A stretch of 63,961 bases of DNA, filler included, from Octopus bimaculoides (GCF_001194135.2; 6 parts of 6 records of this genome joined end to end with filler, not necessarily neighbours in it), one strand, 5' to 3'. Shown: positions 39,337 through 53,584, counted from the whole stretch's first letter. A program made the numbers and translations. The notes: generated from the sequence alone by a model not told the origin.

Positions 39337-42300
39337 TTATACGTATATATATATATCCTTTCTTTACAGTAACCTTCCATTGGGTACACGTTACGAAGTA
39401 AGAATATGTAATTTGATTAATGCTATCGCATTTTCAGAGTAGACAGATTTCAAATTTGAATATCCTATTACGTAATGATACTACACTTTAATGCAACGTT
39501 GATCTGGAATAAAAGTTTAGAATTACAAATTTCTGTGAATGGAACTCTAATTAGTACACTCTGCAGTTTACTTAAATGAAAATCTATTCAGTTCTTCAAA
39601 TACGACGAAACTTGCTCAGATATTCACCCTGCTTCGTTCATTTACTAAAGGATATTTTCGTGCCAAGCCATCATTATTCAAAGCCAATATCCTATTCTGT
39701 CGTTAATTAGGCGATAACATGTTGCCGCATTTTATTGTAGAATTGGTCTTCTCTACAATATCAAAGTAAAACGGGCAAAAACGAGATTCAAAAATAAAAT
39801 CAAAGGCAGAACCATAATCAGAATAACAGCCATAACGACAACTACAACGATGCTAGTATGGCGGCGGAAGCTAACAGAAAACGTTATCACGTCTAAATGT
39901 ACCTAATCTACATTATCTTTCATTCGATTGATCGATTTTGTACTTTACGTTCAATCTAGACGATGTTGTTAAATGATTTCCTTTACACATGCAATCGAGA
40001 TATTAAGTGATATAGCCACGAACAGCTTGCAATAAGAGAAATAACCGTGGCAGCACCAGTAACATCAGCAATGGAAGGTAGACAAGACTACGCTAAGATT
40101 ACGTCAATCTATTTTTATGAATTTGTTCTATGTCAAAATATTTTCGAAGTGTTTTACAAAAGCAAGTGTTTACGTGTCCAATAGTTGAAATTAATTGTGT
40201 GGGAGAATAGAATATGTTCTGGCAATTTTCTAGTAATATTTGTAGTTATATCCGTTTGATATTTGGAACAGAAACAGTGACTAACGCTTCTTGAAATACA
40301 CATTTCTCAGTGGGTAGTAATAATACATTATTGTAATTTAAGCATTTTATAATTTAACATCTCAAGCATCTTGGAGTTTCTCTTAAAACAGAAGGTGGAG
40401 CTGTTACATGAAATTTCCATGAAAGAAATTCTAAAATGTTTTGACTTTACTATTTGTCCAGCAAAGCGACAGTGGGAATGCTCTAAAACGAAAGTAGGAG
40501 AGATATGATTCATCACTTGTAACAATATATATGAACGTACTGACCTTCCTGAAGTTCTCTCATGTTTCCACCTACTTGTAGTTCTAGGAAATGTGCTAAC
40601 TTTTGTAGCATTGTTGATGCTGTTGTAGTATTAGTAGATGTTGTTGCTGCTATAATGAAAATACCGGTAACATTGTCTATTCAAGGAGAGATATTGATAT
40701 TTTAAGTTGATCTGATGTAGTCGTGTTGTTGGTACCAAGAAAAATTTCTGCTCTACTGATACACTGTTAGTATAGATGATATTAATTTTATATAACGCAT
40801 ATCTTTATTGTACAACAAATATTATGTTTAAATAACGTACAACGCGGAAGCATAGCAATTAAGAATTAGTTATAAACAAAACAGACTTAATCCATTCATA
40901 ACGGTTTCAAATTTTGGCACAAGGCCAGCAATTTCGGGGTAGAAAGTTGATTACATTGACCCCAGCGCTCAACTGGTGCTTATTTTATCGACCACGAAAC
41001 GATGAAAGGTAACGTCGACCTCGGAGAAACTAATCTATCCATAATACAAATTTCTATCTTAACAGTAAACAAAGAATATAGCAACCATACCACTCACGTG
41101 TAGCTATCTATATTAAATGAAGCATTTGGCACAACATTGGCATTGAATCTCATTGCTCATTTATTTTTGACTCCAGCAACATTGCTGCGGAATTATGAGT
41201 ATTGAAAGATATTCCACACAAACTGAGTGCAGAAAATTCGTATTTATACACACGGACACCTTCAACATCATACTGTTACATATCTCAGAAATCAAGTTCA
41301 GCACAATTAAGACGAATGTATCAGATCGGTTAAGCCCAGAATGCTAGGTGAATAGTAACTATGACAAGGTTACGATTAACGTCACCAATCTTAAACAAGA
41401 AACACTTATATAGTATATAACTGTCTGTTAGCACACAGGGTAAAATGCTTAGCGGCATTCCGTCCATCTTTACGTTTTGAGTTCAAATTCCACGGATGTC
41501 GACTTTACCTTTCATCCTTTCCGGGTCGATAAAAGAAGTGCCATTTGAACACTGGGGTCGATATAATCGACTTTTCTCTCTCCCAAACTTCCTGTCCTTG
41601 TGTCAAAATTTGAAACCAATATTAACTGTCTGACTGTTATGTCTTCTCCCAGACTATAACTAACCAAACTGGAGCATCTGTTCTTTCTCATCTGGTGGAA
41701 GGAAAAGGTTCTTCTGAGCATGTCCGTCTATTGCCAACACAAACTCTATGATGAGTATGTGATATCGTGACTACTGGTGTACATATATGAGCTGAGGATA
41801 GATGTATTTTTCTACAGCTAACCTATTTGTTGAGCCTCATTACCGAGTCTAGCGTCAAATAGGATTGGGTGTGTAACATTTGTTGTCAGGATCCTTTATC
41901 TTCTTCATGTGGTAGAAATTTATGAAAACTTAATGACAGCTATTTGCAATAATGTTCTTGAGCTATAATCTAGTTATCGATGCGTGACCTATACTTGAGG
42001 ACTTTATTTCAATTTCCGTACAGAATTTATAAAAGCGTTAGCAATCTGAACTACAGAGAAACATTGCTTTTTCGGAATAAACTCCCTAAGCACAGTAAGG
42101 TAGTAAGTTGGATCTTTCAGAGATGCCTGGAATACACCGAAACTCTTCCCTACATCGGAACAGTGATTGAATCAATGAGTGATTTGTAGAGTTATATCGA
42201 ATAGTTCGCAAAGTGCCTGCTCTTTCGTTTCGTATTTCTTGTGTGGTGTATACACCTGAGCAAAACAAATGAGCAAACATATTTTATACGTTTTAGCGTG

Positions 42301-42949
42301 TTTAAATAGATTATGTTCTCAACGCTGTAATGTGTCTGACACTCTTAATAACATTTTTTAGGATAAAATCCTGTTTTACAAATTCTATGCAGTTTTATGA
42401 AGGAAAACGAAATAGAAAATCTTTACAGGTTTTATCGCAAGTAAGACACAAAAGGATATTATTGTACATATAGACAACGAATGATCGAGGCTTTTTAGTC
42501 GCCCTTCTAAAATGTATTTTGGAAAAATTTATTTAAATAAACAAGTGTACATTTAGGTTTCTATTAGATATAAATGTGCAAGAAGGTTCTTAGAATGTTG
42601 AAATCAAACATTGTGAGCAAGTAGCTCTATTTATCTACAACTAGAATAATTTTCTGAAATAGTGCTCTGAAGATGTTATAGCGTTTTAGTGCATTTAGAG
42701 AAGGTCATTTGCGCAGCTGATTTAGTTTTTCTAAGGTAGCGCTCATTTATTAAAAAATACGTTTTACTCAAAGGAAAAAAATACACTAAATATTACTCAT
42801 TATGCCCTGCACCCTATAGAATTGCTGAACATGTCTACAGAGAATAAAAACAACATTACAAGGCTGTTGAAAGCTGTTGGTTATGTCTTTGAAATATTGT
42901 GCCAAGCCTCTGTTAACAATGAAAGGGTTAAGGAGAGACTACACTCTTT

Positions 42950-43250
42950 TTGGACAACTGAGGTATAGTATAATATAGAATGGCTTCATAAAATTCTCTG
43001 GCTAGATGACCCACAAGTTGATCGTTATAATGTCTTTGCAGGGAAGGTGAGAGATCTACCTTGAATGTATTATGCCAATTGTGAAACATGGAAAACGGTG
43101 GAAACATGGTATGAGATGCTAGACTTATTTGCAGCTGAAGCTGAATTCAGAGGACGTGAACAGCAATTTATTATCTTTGGAACGGGGTTACGAGAGTGTA
43201 ACGAATATAGTAATCAGTTTGAGTTTCAAATTTGAGGACGACTTGTTAAT
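42950..43250 (+). mobile_element. Very degenerate Tc1-like transposase fragment
   Basis: KILWLDD... and ECIMPIVKHG echo the Tc1 motifs VLWSDES and VKHGGG. Confidence 0.35.
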
Positions 43251-43589
43251 GAAGCAGATTTTTTTAAAATATAGTTTTGAAACATTGAAATGACTGAGTA
43301 CCAATAAAGTTATCCTCAGCATGCAACGAGCACTTAAAAGAAGCTGAAATGGAGCACTTTAGAAATATCTTACTCTGCGTAGTTGTGTCTTTAGGTACGG
43401 AAGAGAAGTGGAGTGTCTCATACGTGTGCAATGTGGTAATGACAAGCATTTTCAATACCACTAGATTAATTTGTATCATGTTCTAAATATTTCGGTTTTC
43501 CTGCAATTTTATACATCGTGTATCTTCATCATATTTACTGTAAATATATTCGTTGTATAACGTTCTCACCTAAGACCCTCACTGTTATA

Positions 43590-45085
43590 CACAGGACTGC
43601 ATATGAAACGCGATTTTTTCAAATGTCATTTTTATATGGTAAATTCTGAAAATTTATTTCGGAGATGTAAATGTAAATATTCAAAGACATGCTAGTTTAT
43701 AGTTGAGACCCAAATTGCAGGTAACCTTTCAACTTTCCCTGAAACGAGACGCCAAAAAGCAGCTGCAAAAAGCAGTTACATGACGTTTGCGTCATGAAAA
43801 CCGAAGTGTACATGAATCTCGCGGAGGTTATGGGTATAAAAACAAACTTGAACCACGTTCCTGCCATTCATAATTTGGACTCATCAGGTATGACCCGATT
43901 GTCAGCAGCACAGAGAGAACAAGCTATCAGCCGATTGTAAGCAGGGCAGCATACCCTGGTTGTTGCGAAAATTTACAATGTCCATATCAACACCATCTAT
44001 CGCCTGCAATAGTGATACAACAACACCAGCAACACTGCAGACGGTGCCCGCAGGAACACTTCATCCACCTGCAACACCTCCGTGATCGTTTCAGGCGACC
44101 GGCCAGCGCAACAGCTCGTGAGACTATTGGCACTGGACAGCGACCCATCAGCGACGCACGGTACGACGTCAACTGACCGCTAACAACCTGCGTTGCCGTT
44201 GTCCTGCTCGAGGGCCCGTCCTCACCGCCCGCCACCGTCAGGCACGACTACAGTGGGCTGTACAGCACCGACATTAGTGGCAACAACAACGGAGGTTGAT
44301 AGTCTTCTCTGACGAGAGCCAGTATTGTGTTTCCACCCCGGATGGCAGAGTGAAGGTGTAGCGTAGGAGGGGTGAACGTTACAGAGACGCATGTGTTATG
44401 GAGAGAGATGCGTGCAGTGACCAAAGCATCATCGTTTGGGGTGCTATAGGCCTGAAAGAGAGAATTGGGTCTCATGAGTTCCAAAATGTTGGTGCAGGAA
44501 GAGGGAATGGTATCACAGCGCAGCACTACGTTGACCAGATCCTAAGATTTCACATCATGCCCTTTTCCGTGCGTCACCATAGCCAAGTGTTCAAGCAGGA
44601 CAATGCTCCCTCCCACACAGCCAGGGTCATCATGGACTGCCTGCGTCTGCACAACATCAGAACCATGCCGTGGTCGGCTCTCAGATCGGATTTGTACCCA
44701 TTTGAACGCATGTGGCATTAAATCCAGAGTCGGCTAAACCAGGTGATCTCAAGGCCGACAATTCGTGTGGAACTGAAGGCAGCTTTCCTCAGAGTGTAGG
44801 CACAGGTGTCAATGGCTTTTGTGAACCGCCTCATGCACTCCATGTATCGACAGTGTATGGTCGTTTTGAACATCCAGGGAGGGCATACATGGTATTGAAC
44901 ATATCACGCCCTACAATCTTGATGTGCTGGATCCACCCACTACCAGAACACATTACAACGACCCATTGACTGTGGTCAAAGTGCAACCAAAAAATTGAGT
45001 TTATCAGAAAATTTATTTTCGACATAATGGAATTAAAACATATTTCACAGTCACACAGGTCTCGCGTTTCTTTTGCGGTTCGGTG
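43590..45085 (+). mobile_element. Full-length inactive Tc1-like DNA transposon (1496 bp); transposase pseudogene 43890-44898, DD34E
   Basis: TA|CACAGGACTGCATATGAAACGCGA and TCGCGTTTCTTTTGCGGTTCGGTG|TA are imperfect TIRs. Motifs VFSDES, IIVWGAI, FKQDNAPSHTAR, DLYPFE with 34 residues between D and E, and GGHTWY*; several stops and frameshifts. Confidence 0.93.
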
Positions 45086-45159
45086 TATATCTTATTTTGT
45101 TCAAACCTTCACATTTTGTAACCCTTAGGCTTTTAAGGTTTGTTGTATGTGCAAATGCC

Positions 45160-45195
<36 letters not shown>

Positions 45196-45589
45196 TTTTT
45201 TATTTCTAATCTCGGAGTAAGACCAGCAGTCTAAGAGTAATGCAGGATTGTACTTTCCTATAGGTTGATTATAAGAGTTTCATTCCTATATATTTCAGCC
45301 TTCTACGTGGCAGTTTGAATGTTTTGCCAAATACACAAATTATCACGGGAATAATTGTCGTCGTATTCTTCCTCAATGTCTTTCGTCTCTCTATCTTGGG
45401 CCCTGTTATGTCTCAATTTGCAGATTCAAATCCGTTTTCAGAAACTGGATCTCGGTTATGCTCAGCAGTACCATCTCAGTGGGCAAAGTAAACAACGACG
45501 TATAGGAACTGTTTTACAGTGAATGCTCCGTCATCAACGCTGCCCACTTTCATCTCTTCCGTATGTGCTGGCTTTCGAGCCGATCCAGT

Positions 45590-46060
45590 GGAATTTCCGA
45601 TCGGAGGCTAATATGGATTATTTTCTGAAGTCTTTAGTCTGAGAATATTACCGAGGGGTGCTACCAGTTCGCAATAAACTTTACAGGCATGGCTTGTTCG
45701 AAGTGCGTGCAGTGCCACGAAACCGTTCTGCACGCACTCGTTCAGTGTTCGAGCATTACTGACTTGTACAATTATGCAGAACAGCTGTTGTCACGTGTAA
45801 TATAGGTCCGCTTCTCGGCCAAATCTATAGCAATGATTTTCCGACCGCCCTCCTTTAACATGACAGGTAAGGCAGTTTTTCTTTGTCTGGTGGCTATCGC
45901 AAAATATGTTCTTTGGTGGACAAGGCTGAGAGGCTCTTTGGTAGAAACCTAATCGACATTTCCAAATTTCGAATTTATTGAAAGGTAGGTGAAAGTGGCA
46001 AGAGTGGATGGCACCGCTCTAAGTACTGGAGAGGGTACTTGCTTTTGGTATACTTGCTCT
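45590..46060 (+). mobile_element. L1/Tx1-like LINE ORF2 C-terminal fragment with a CCHC zinc knuckle
   Basis: YRGVLPVRNKLYRHG then CVQCHETVLHALVQC...AVFLCLVAIAKYVLWWTRL; stops and frameshifts. Confidence 0.65.
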
Positions 46061-49000
46061 TGGTATAATTGTGTTATATAACTGAACTGTTCTGTGTTGA
46101 CCTCAAACGTCATCCATCTGGGTTCGATGAAATAATGTACCAGTCAAATACTGGGGTTGCTGTAATATTTAATACGCTTTTTTTGTCTTCTGCAATCATA
46201 TACGTTATCCGTGCTTCGATAGTACAGATTGTCTCTACGGAGAAATCTCACCCACGATCAATAAAGTACATTTGAAAGAATTATCGTTTTGTTGTTTTTG
46301 TTCTTTGTCTCGAACAGACGTGTTTAACGGGGTTACCAAAGAAGATTGAAATTTATCACGATTTACTTCATGTAAATCGTGATAAATTTCATGTTATTGA
46401 AATATTTTGCCAGGAAAATGGTTTGGAATTTTGTTAATATCCTTTAAAATTAAAGCAGACAAAATAAAGTTTGACTTAAGGTATTTTGATTTTTCATTTT
46501 CTTGTTTTACATTTTGTCAATATGGTTTCTTCCTATGGCTGATTTCTTGGCGATACTCACAGACAGCTGGTAGTAACAACGTAAACAAATACACTGTTAA
46601 AATTCCAATTAAACATACGGAAAATTGTGACATTTATACATACGCCACAGTGCATCACAAAAGAAATCGCTATTATATGCACTTTACAAAGCAAATCAAC
46701 AAAGAATGTTAAACACGGCTATAGCAATAGCAGTAATTTTGCGGCAATTGTAAGACAAACACAACTGATTGATTTATGCTATCTTCTGGAAAAAAAGTAA
46801 TAGCAGATGAACGCTGCAAAGATAGTGACTACTTATCTTTCGAACATATTAGGAAAGTAGCAAGTCAGAGAATAGTATATCTTTGTCTTTTCAAAATACG
46901 AAGGCCAACCTCTCCACGACATAAATCAATGTCTTGTAGGGATCCGTTTCCATCGATTGGGACCGGCCATATGGAAGAGTATATTCATACTTCAAGACCA
47001 AGGATGAGGTTATATTTTGTGCCACAGAAAGCTCAAATGCTCGTGCTGCAATCAGGGGCGCAATGGGAGAATATCTTCTAGGAACACTGATTTGCATGTT
47101 AACCCTTGGCTCACCGTAACCTTTACGTAGTGGTACAGGAGGAATTGTAGAAGCCGAGTTTACAAAAAGAAAAGTTTTTTAGATGTAAGTCTGATCATAC
47201 AGATTTGTTGAGCTCCGAAGATCACATACACATCCTGGATACTGAGTGAAAAAAGAAGACCGGAATGACTGGTTGTGCAGCGTAGAAAATCTAGCTATTA
47301 TACATGTGGCAATAATAACCACATAAGAGTTTTCTCAGTGATAGAAAAACAATTAAGAATGAAACAAACGGATAGTAGCAATAACCATGTTTGAAAAACT
47401 GCTGTTTGAAGAGTACCGTCGGTCACAGCGCTGAGGATGCCGAAATAATACCCTTATCCTAAGTTTTGGGATTGTCTAACGTCTAGCAACGATAAGGTGT
47501 AAGTAGATGTTGGTCATGGGTAGCAACAAAGAAGAAAGTATGGAGGAATAAGAATGAATCTAAACTGAATGTGGCCAGAATATATGGAGAAGAATTTATG
47601 CATCCCCTAGTCGACAAGGCAAGTGCATGAATTACGAATGTGTTCGAGATGTTTCAGACGAATAACAAAGCTAAGGATTACACTGGTGATATGAAATACG
47701 CTGTGTTGATGGGTTAATATTTTTCTTGTGTTTTATTCATTTATAACTGCACACACTCGCACGCGCATATTCTATCTTTCATCTTTTACTTATTTCAGTG
47801 ATTAGGCTGCAGTTCTTGCAGGTTTATTGGAACAAATCAAACCTACTCTCTCTTTTACTCTTACTCTTTTACTTGTTTCAGTCATTTGACTGTGGCCATG
47901 CTGGAGCACCGCCTTTAGTCGAGCAAATCGACCTCGGGACTTATCCTTTGTAAGCCAAGTACTTATTCTATCGGTCTCTTTTGCCGAACCGCTAAGTGAC
48001 GGGGAAATAAGCACACCAGCATCGGTTGTCAAGCAATAGTAGAAGACACTTGCCCAAGATTCTACGCAGTGGGACTGAACTCGGAACCATGTGGTTGATA
48101 AACAAGCTACTTACCACACAGCCTCTCCTGCGCCTACTACTTATTTTCTTTTTCGAAACCTGGTAGTTATTCTGTTGGTGTCTTTTGCCGAACTGCTAAG
48201 TTACAGGACTTTAACAAACCATATTCAGTCAACAACTGGAGGTGACAAATAAGCACAAAGACACATACGGATATACACACCAGAATTGAAAAACTCGCAC
48301 TCTCAAAGGGTTACAGAATGTCATAATAGACCTTAAAAAGTATGTGACTAGCATTGTTGCTCAAAAATACTGGAATCACAATCCATTGTACATTCTGTGG
48401 TATCTTAAAACGAAAAGAGACCCATGTGTGAATTACGATGTCACGATAATTATTAAATCGTGTTCTTAATATAAAAATTTGAAAATGTACAAGTTCTGAT
48501 CTTTAATTTCGAATAAGTAAATTCATTATAATACTCTTCATACCAAAATATATAGAAAACATTTCACACTGTATGCAAATTACCATGATAATGAAAATAA
48601 AACTGGATTTATGATGGAATCGGATTTATATAACAGCGGAAGTACGAAACCGAAATAATTATAAGCAAAGATAATTCGCGTTATGATAAGCATGTAAATG
48701 GAATAGTTATGCAAATTAAACAAATTATTACTAAATTATTTTTGATTGATTACTTGTAAATTTATAAACATTATCATTCATAGATTGAATAATTTCGAAA
48801 AGAGGACATTAGTATTTGGACACAATTGTTTCGTTACAGTTGAGTATACGATAATTTAGCTTAATTTCGATGAGCTAAACAAATTTCTTGTGATGAAAGG
48901 ATGCCACATAATGTATAACATGCAGTGATTCCAATATTTTTGAGCTACAATGCTAGTCCCATACTTCTTAAGGTTTACTGTGACATTCTGTAACCGTTTT

Positions 49001-49761
49001 TGAGCCTGCGCATTTTTCAGTTCTAGTTTCGTACTTTTTAAGGCAACGTGGGTGTACGTCTGTGTGCATGTGTGTGCGTGCCTGTTCTTGTGTGTGTGTG
49101 TGTGTGTGTGTGCGTGTGTGTGTGTAAACGTGCTTATTCTTGTGTATATGAGTGTGTGAGTTTGTGTGTGTGCGTGCTTGTTCTTGTGTGAATGTATGTG
49201 TGCGTGATTGTTCTTGTGTGTGTGAATGTTTGTATGTGTGTGAGTGAGTGTGTGTGTGTGTGTGAGAGCGTGTTCTTGGTTAGTGCCACAGATCTTGTTT
49301 AATTTAGCCTTAAAATTAATTGAAATCAATGTCATTTACATTTCTTTCTTTCGCATTTCCTTTAATCAATAGTAAGTGTTAATTTATATTTCTTCCTTTT
49401 CTTCATACATGTTGTAATTTTTTTTTGGCTCTTTGATGTATGTTGCAATATTTCGGCTCTTTGAGGTATTTTGCAATATTTCGGCTCTTCGGTGTTTAAA
49501 GAAAAAAAAAAAAAGACACATAAACTATTATAACTAATACGGCATTTTCATGTTGATCTCTTTTTCTTGGAAATTTGCGGTTTTTACATACACAAATGAA
49601 GCAGGTAAGAACAAATTTGCAAAGGTTTTCTCAAGTTTAAAATGCGACATTCTTTTTGTTATATTTACATTCCACACATATAAATACATAAATACAGAAC
49701 AAGCTCGCGCTCACACACAGACGCACACAAACACACACACACACACACTCACGTACACCCA

Positions 49762-50790
49762 CTCTAGGGCTTTTAGCAAATCATTTCTAATTGCAGACCA
49801 AACACCACCTTCCCTTTTCTCTCCCTTCGGCTTCCTAACCCATAATAATGTGAAACTTGCAACTCTTTCGACAAGATGAGCTTCTTCTGAATATCTTGTT
49901 TCAGAAAGAGCAGCAATATCAACATTAAGACGCCTTAGCTCCTTCGTTACTAGAGTTGTTCTTCTTTCAGACCTATCAGCTCGATCTAAAAGAGTTCTCA
50001 CCTTCCAACAGGCCAGGTTAAGAAAAACCTTATTCCTTGCATGCTTGTTACCATTATTTATATCAATCCTTTGTTCATTCCTGCTAAATTGAACTACCAT
50101 TAGCCGCAGTAAACTAACCAGTTGAGAGAGGACAGACAAATTTTAGTGCACCTTTTGTAGCAACTTCTCAGTATATCCAGGCGAGCACTGTTCTGCTTAA
50201 AAGGGCTGCACAGACGGAGGATTCTTCACCAAAAGCAGTTCCTGTCCACGAAAGCATGTTAGCGATGTTAAGATAAGAACCCTGCCGCCTAATGTGCAGA
50301 TTTGTAACTGTATGCTTCCAACCGTTCAAGTCTGCATACGACGCCACGCCTCTATCGCCAAAGGACTTTTGAAAAGTGATGATTGTACGATGACGGTTGC
50401 TTTGTTGGAGACATCTGTACTTCATTGGATTTCAGTGACAAACGCTTGTACAACACTTTTGCCACTCTCTGCGTCAAAATACTAGGTTCCAGTGACAAGC
50501 AAAGCAAGATGACTAGTACTAAGTCGACTGCAGGCTTTATATTGGAGTACCTTCTCCTAGGTTTTTCCTCAGTAGGATAATGCAAGCCAATTTGAATTCA
50601 GAGCTTTATTCTGTTATATTGGTTGTCCTAATCACAGCTTCGTTTCAAAATAGGAGCCCAGTCTGCCCCCATCAACAGTCATGGCTTTGACATTGCAGCC
50701 AGTTAAGGGACTGTCATTACCATGACCTGGTTTTATACCAGAGAGTCCCTCTCCTAGAAGAGTTGCCTTCACCACGGCCGAGCCTCATCT
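49762..50790 (-). mobile_element. RTE-clade LINE: 5' UTR and N-terminal AP-endonuclease, cut off at 49762
   Basis: LACWKVRTLLDRADRSERRTTLVTKELRRLNVDIAALSETR...REGGVWSAIR is the typical RTE endonuclease start. Confidence 0.88.
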
Positions 50791-51217
50791 GCCACACCCA
50801 CACAAAAATAAAAAAATATATATACATAAACATACACAAATATATATATAAAATTTGCAATTTTTACAATTTAAAAATATTTTTTATTTATAAAAAATAA
50901 ATAAATACATAGATAAATGCATAAATAAATTCACAATTAAAACTATAAATAAAATAGAATAAAAAGGTATATATATATATATATATATAAATATATATAA
51001 AAGATATACAAATATGCAAAAAGCTTTTTTTATCTAAAAAGGTATATAAACATAAATATATATATATATATGTATGTATACATACAAAAACACACACACA
51101 TGCACACACATATACATACATATATATATATGTATATATATAAATATATATACATATACATATATATGCATATATATGCATGCACACACAGACACACACG
51201 CATACACACATAAATAT

Positions 51218-51262
<45 letters not shown>

Positions 51263-51362
51263 NNNNNNNNNNNNNNNNNNNNNNNNNNNNNNNNNNNNNN
51301 NNNNNNTTAATTAATTAANNNNNNNNNNNNNNNNNNNNNNNNNNNNNNNNNNNNNNNNNNNN

Positions 51363-51404
<42 letters not shown>

Positions 51405-51699
51405 AAAATACCGTGTTTGCACACACGTAAGTATCTTTCATGCAAAGGAAGCCTCATAGAATTTAATTTGGGCTCAGGTAACATCGTTGGTTTCAAAATG
51501 TTTAACAGGTTGTTTTTATTCATAAATGTTTTCACACGTGTGGGTGCGTATCTATGTGTGCATATATGTATACATGCATATGTGTCTGGCTACATACGCA
51601 TAAATATAAAATGAAATAATGAGGGTAGAAACTGATATTAATCAATTAAAGCCAGAGTTCTGTGTCTAGTTCTGGAAATTGTTTTTTGTATGCGACAGA

Positions 51700-51764
51700 C
51701 TACGCTGATGATCTCGCAGATGTTTACATACGTAAACATTAACAACTGAAACCATCGTACGTAG
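51700..51764 (+). ncRNA. Degenerate minimal type I hammerhead-like motif
   Basis: Helix I CTACG/CGTAG, CTGATGA, internal hairpin ATGTTTAC/GTAAACAT, GAAA-C-CATC-G-TA. Confidence 0.65.
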
Positions 51765-52439
51765 GTAATCATTTTTAATTTCGTATATTTTCATTTGTCT
51801 TACTCATTTTTGCATTTTAGCGTTTTGACGTCTATATTTAGCCTGTTTGACGTCTATATTTAGCATAGTAGGAGTCCATTTTAGTGGTCATTCCTCTTAA
51901 TTTTGCGTACATAAATATATATAATTCTGTGTACATATGTGTGCGTATCTGTGTGTATGTGTTTATGTATGCATCTGCAGAGGCACATGTAACCCACATA
52001 CACACTCATTGTTTCAAAAACAGTAATTAATTTTAAAACTTTAATTAAAAGTATTACGTTACAACATTACTTAAACAGGTATGGAGTTTAAGACTATTAT
52101 GATAATGACCAGAAAGGAAATAAGATGAGCTTGAAGCAGGCTGTNNNNNNNNNNNNNNNNNNNNNNNNNNNNNNNNNNNNNNNNNNNNNNNNNNNNNNNN
52201 NNNNNNNNNNNNNNNNNNNNNNNNNNNNNNNNNNNNNNNNNNNNNNNNNNNNNNNNNNNNNNNNNNNNNNNNNNNNNNNNNNNNNNNNNNNNNNNNNNNN
52301 NNNNNNNNNNNNNNNNNNNNAGTGGTGTGTGTGGTGATGTGATGTTATGAATGTACGTACGTGACACTTTTTGTCTGCATTTGTTCCTACCACCGCTTCA
52401 CAACCGGTATTTGTGCAGTTCAACTTGTCAGTACTAAGT

Positions 52440-52740
52440 CCAAGGCTTATGTTTGTATATTGGCGGTTCATTTCGTTTCTATGGTACGAACATTTCTCCC
52501 GGTGTTCGAGCCATCTTCCAGGAAAATAATGCATCGTTTCACTCACCATTTTTTCTCAAATGATTTCGAAGAGCACGCAAGTAAAGTAGAACGCTGCAAT
52601 TGGCTCCTACTCTGAACAGTTCACGGTACAACTTAAGACTTATCGTACAGTTTGGAGCAATACATTGGGAACGCTTCTCTTCACCAGCGTCAAATTTCGA
52701 CGTATTAAAGTTCTTATTGATACCTAAGACGGATTAGATA
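52440..52740 (+). mobile_element. Degenerate Tc1-like transposase C-terminal fragment
   Basis: AIFQENNASFH followed, after a frameshift, by FEEHASKVE...NW resembles IFQDDNAPxH...EEH..EVE.L.WP. Confidence 0.55.
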
Positions 52741-52979
52741 CAATTTCATATTAGTTTCAAATTTTGGCACAAGACCAGCAATTTTGCAGAGTGGGATAAG
52801 TCGATTACGTCGATCCTAGTGCGCAGCGGGTACTTATTTTATCGACGCGGAGAAGGTGAGAGGCAAAGTCGACTTCAGCAGAATTTGAAGTCAGTACGTT
52901 ATTATACGACTTAATACGATTTAATATTAACACTACTATTTAAATAGTTATTACCAATATTCTGCACAGTTCATGTTTA

Positions 52980-53036
<57 letters not shown>

Positions 53037-53553
53037 ACATGCATACATACATACATACATATGTGTGGGGGGTGTACATATATATGTGTATGCACACACA
53101 CATATGTATGGAGAGAGAGACAGGGAGAAAGAGAGAGAGAAAACAGAAAGTGCACAAATGCTTTTAAAATGAAACTCTGAATTCTTCCTCCGGGCAAAGA
53201 CTGCAAGAACAGCTATGACAGATATCAAATGGAGCCGATATGGAAGTAGTAATGGAGGTAGTAATGGAGAGAGCACTGTAAGGATTGTTATAAACTTTTA
53301 TATAACGGCCACAAAAATACAGGATAAAATATAAAGAAAATATGAAGAAATATGGTTTCCAAATATTTTCGTCACCTTTCATTGTGTATTTTTGTGCTCC
53401 ATATAAATATATTCATATGAAGCCTCTGTTTATTTCCATTACTACTACTCTCACTCTCCCCTTCACTCTTTCTCCTTCACTTACTTTCTCTGTCTCTCAA
53501 TCTCTCACTGCATATATATATATATACATACATATATATTTGTGAATTCTCCC

Positions 53554-53584
<31 letters not shown>

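Noticed and set aside
42021-42103. Possible + strand exon (IYKSVSNLNYRETLLFRNKLPKHSKV)
   Set aside because: Splice-like signals only; no recognisable peptide or partner exons
43845-43890. Minus-strand CTGATGAGTCC in the Tc1 5' region as a hammerhead
   Set aside because: The downstream GGCAGGAAC has three mismatches to GGACGAAAC and there is no helix I
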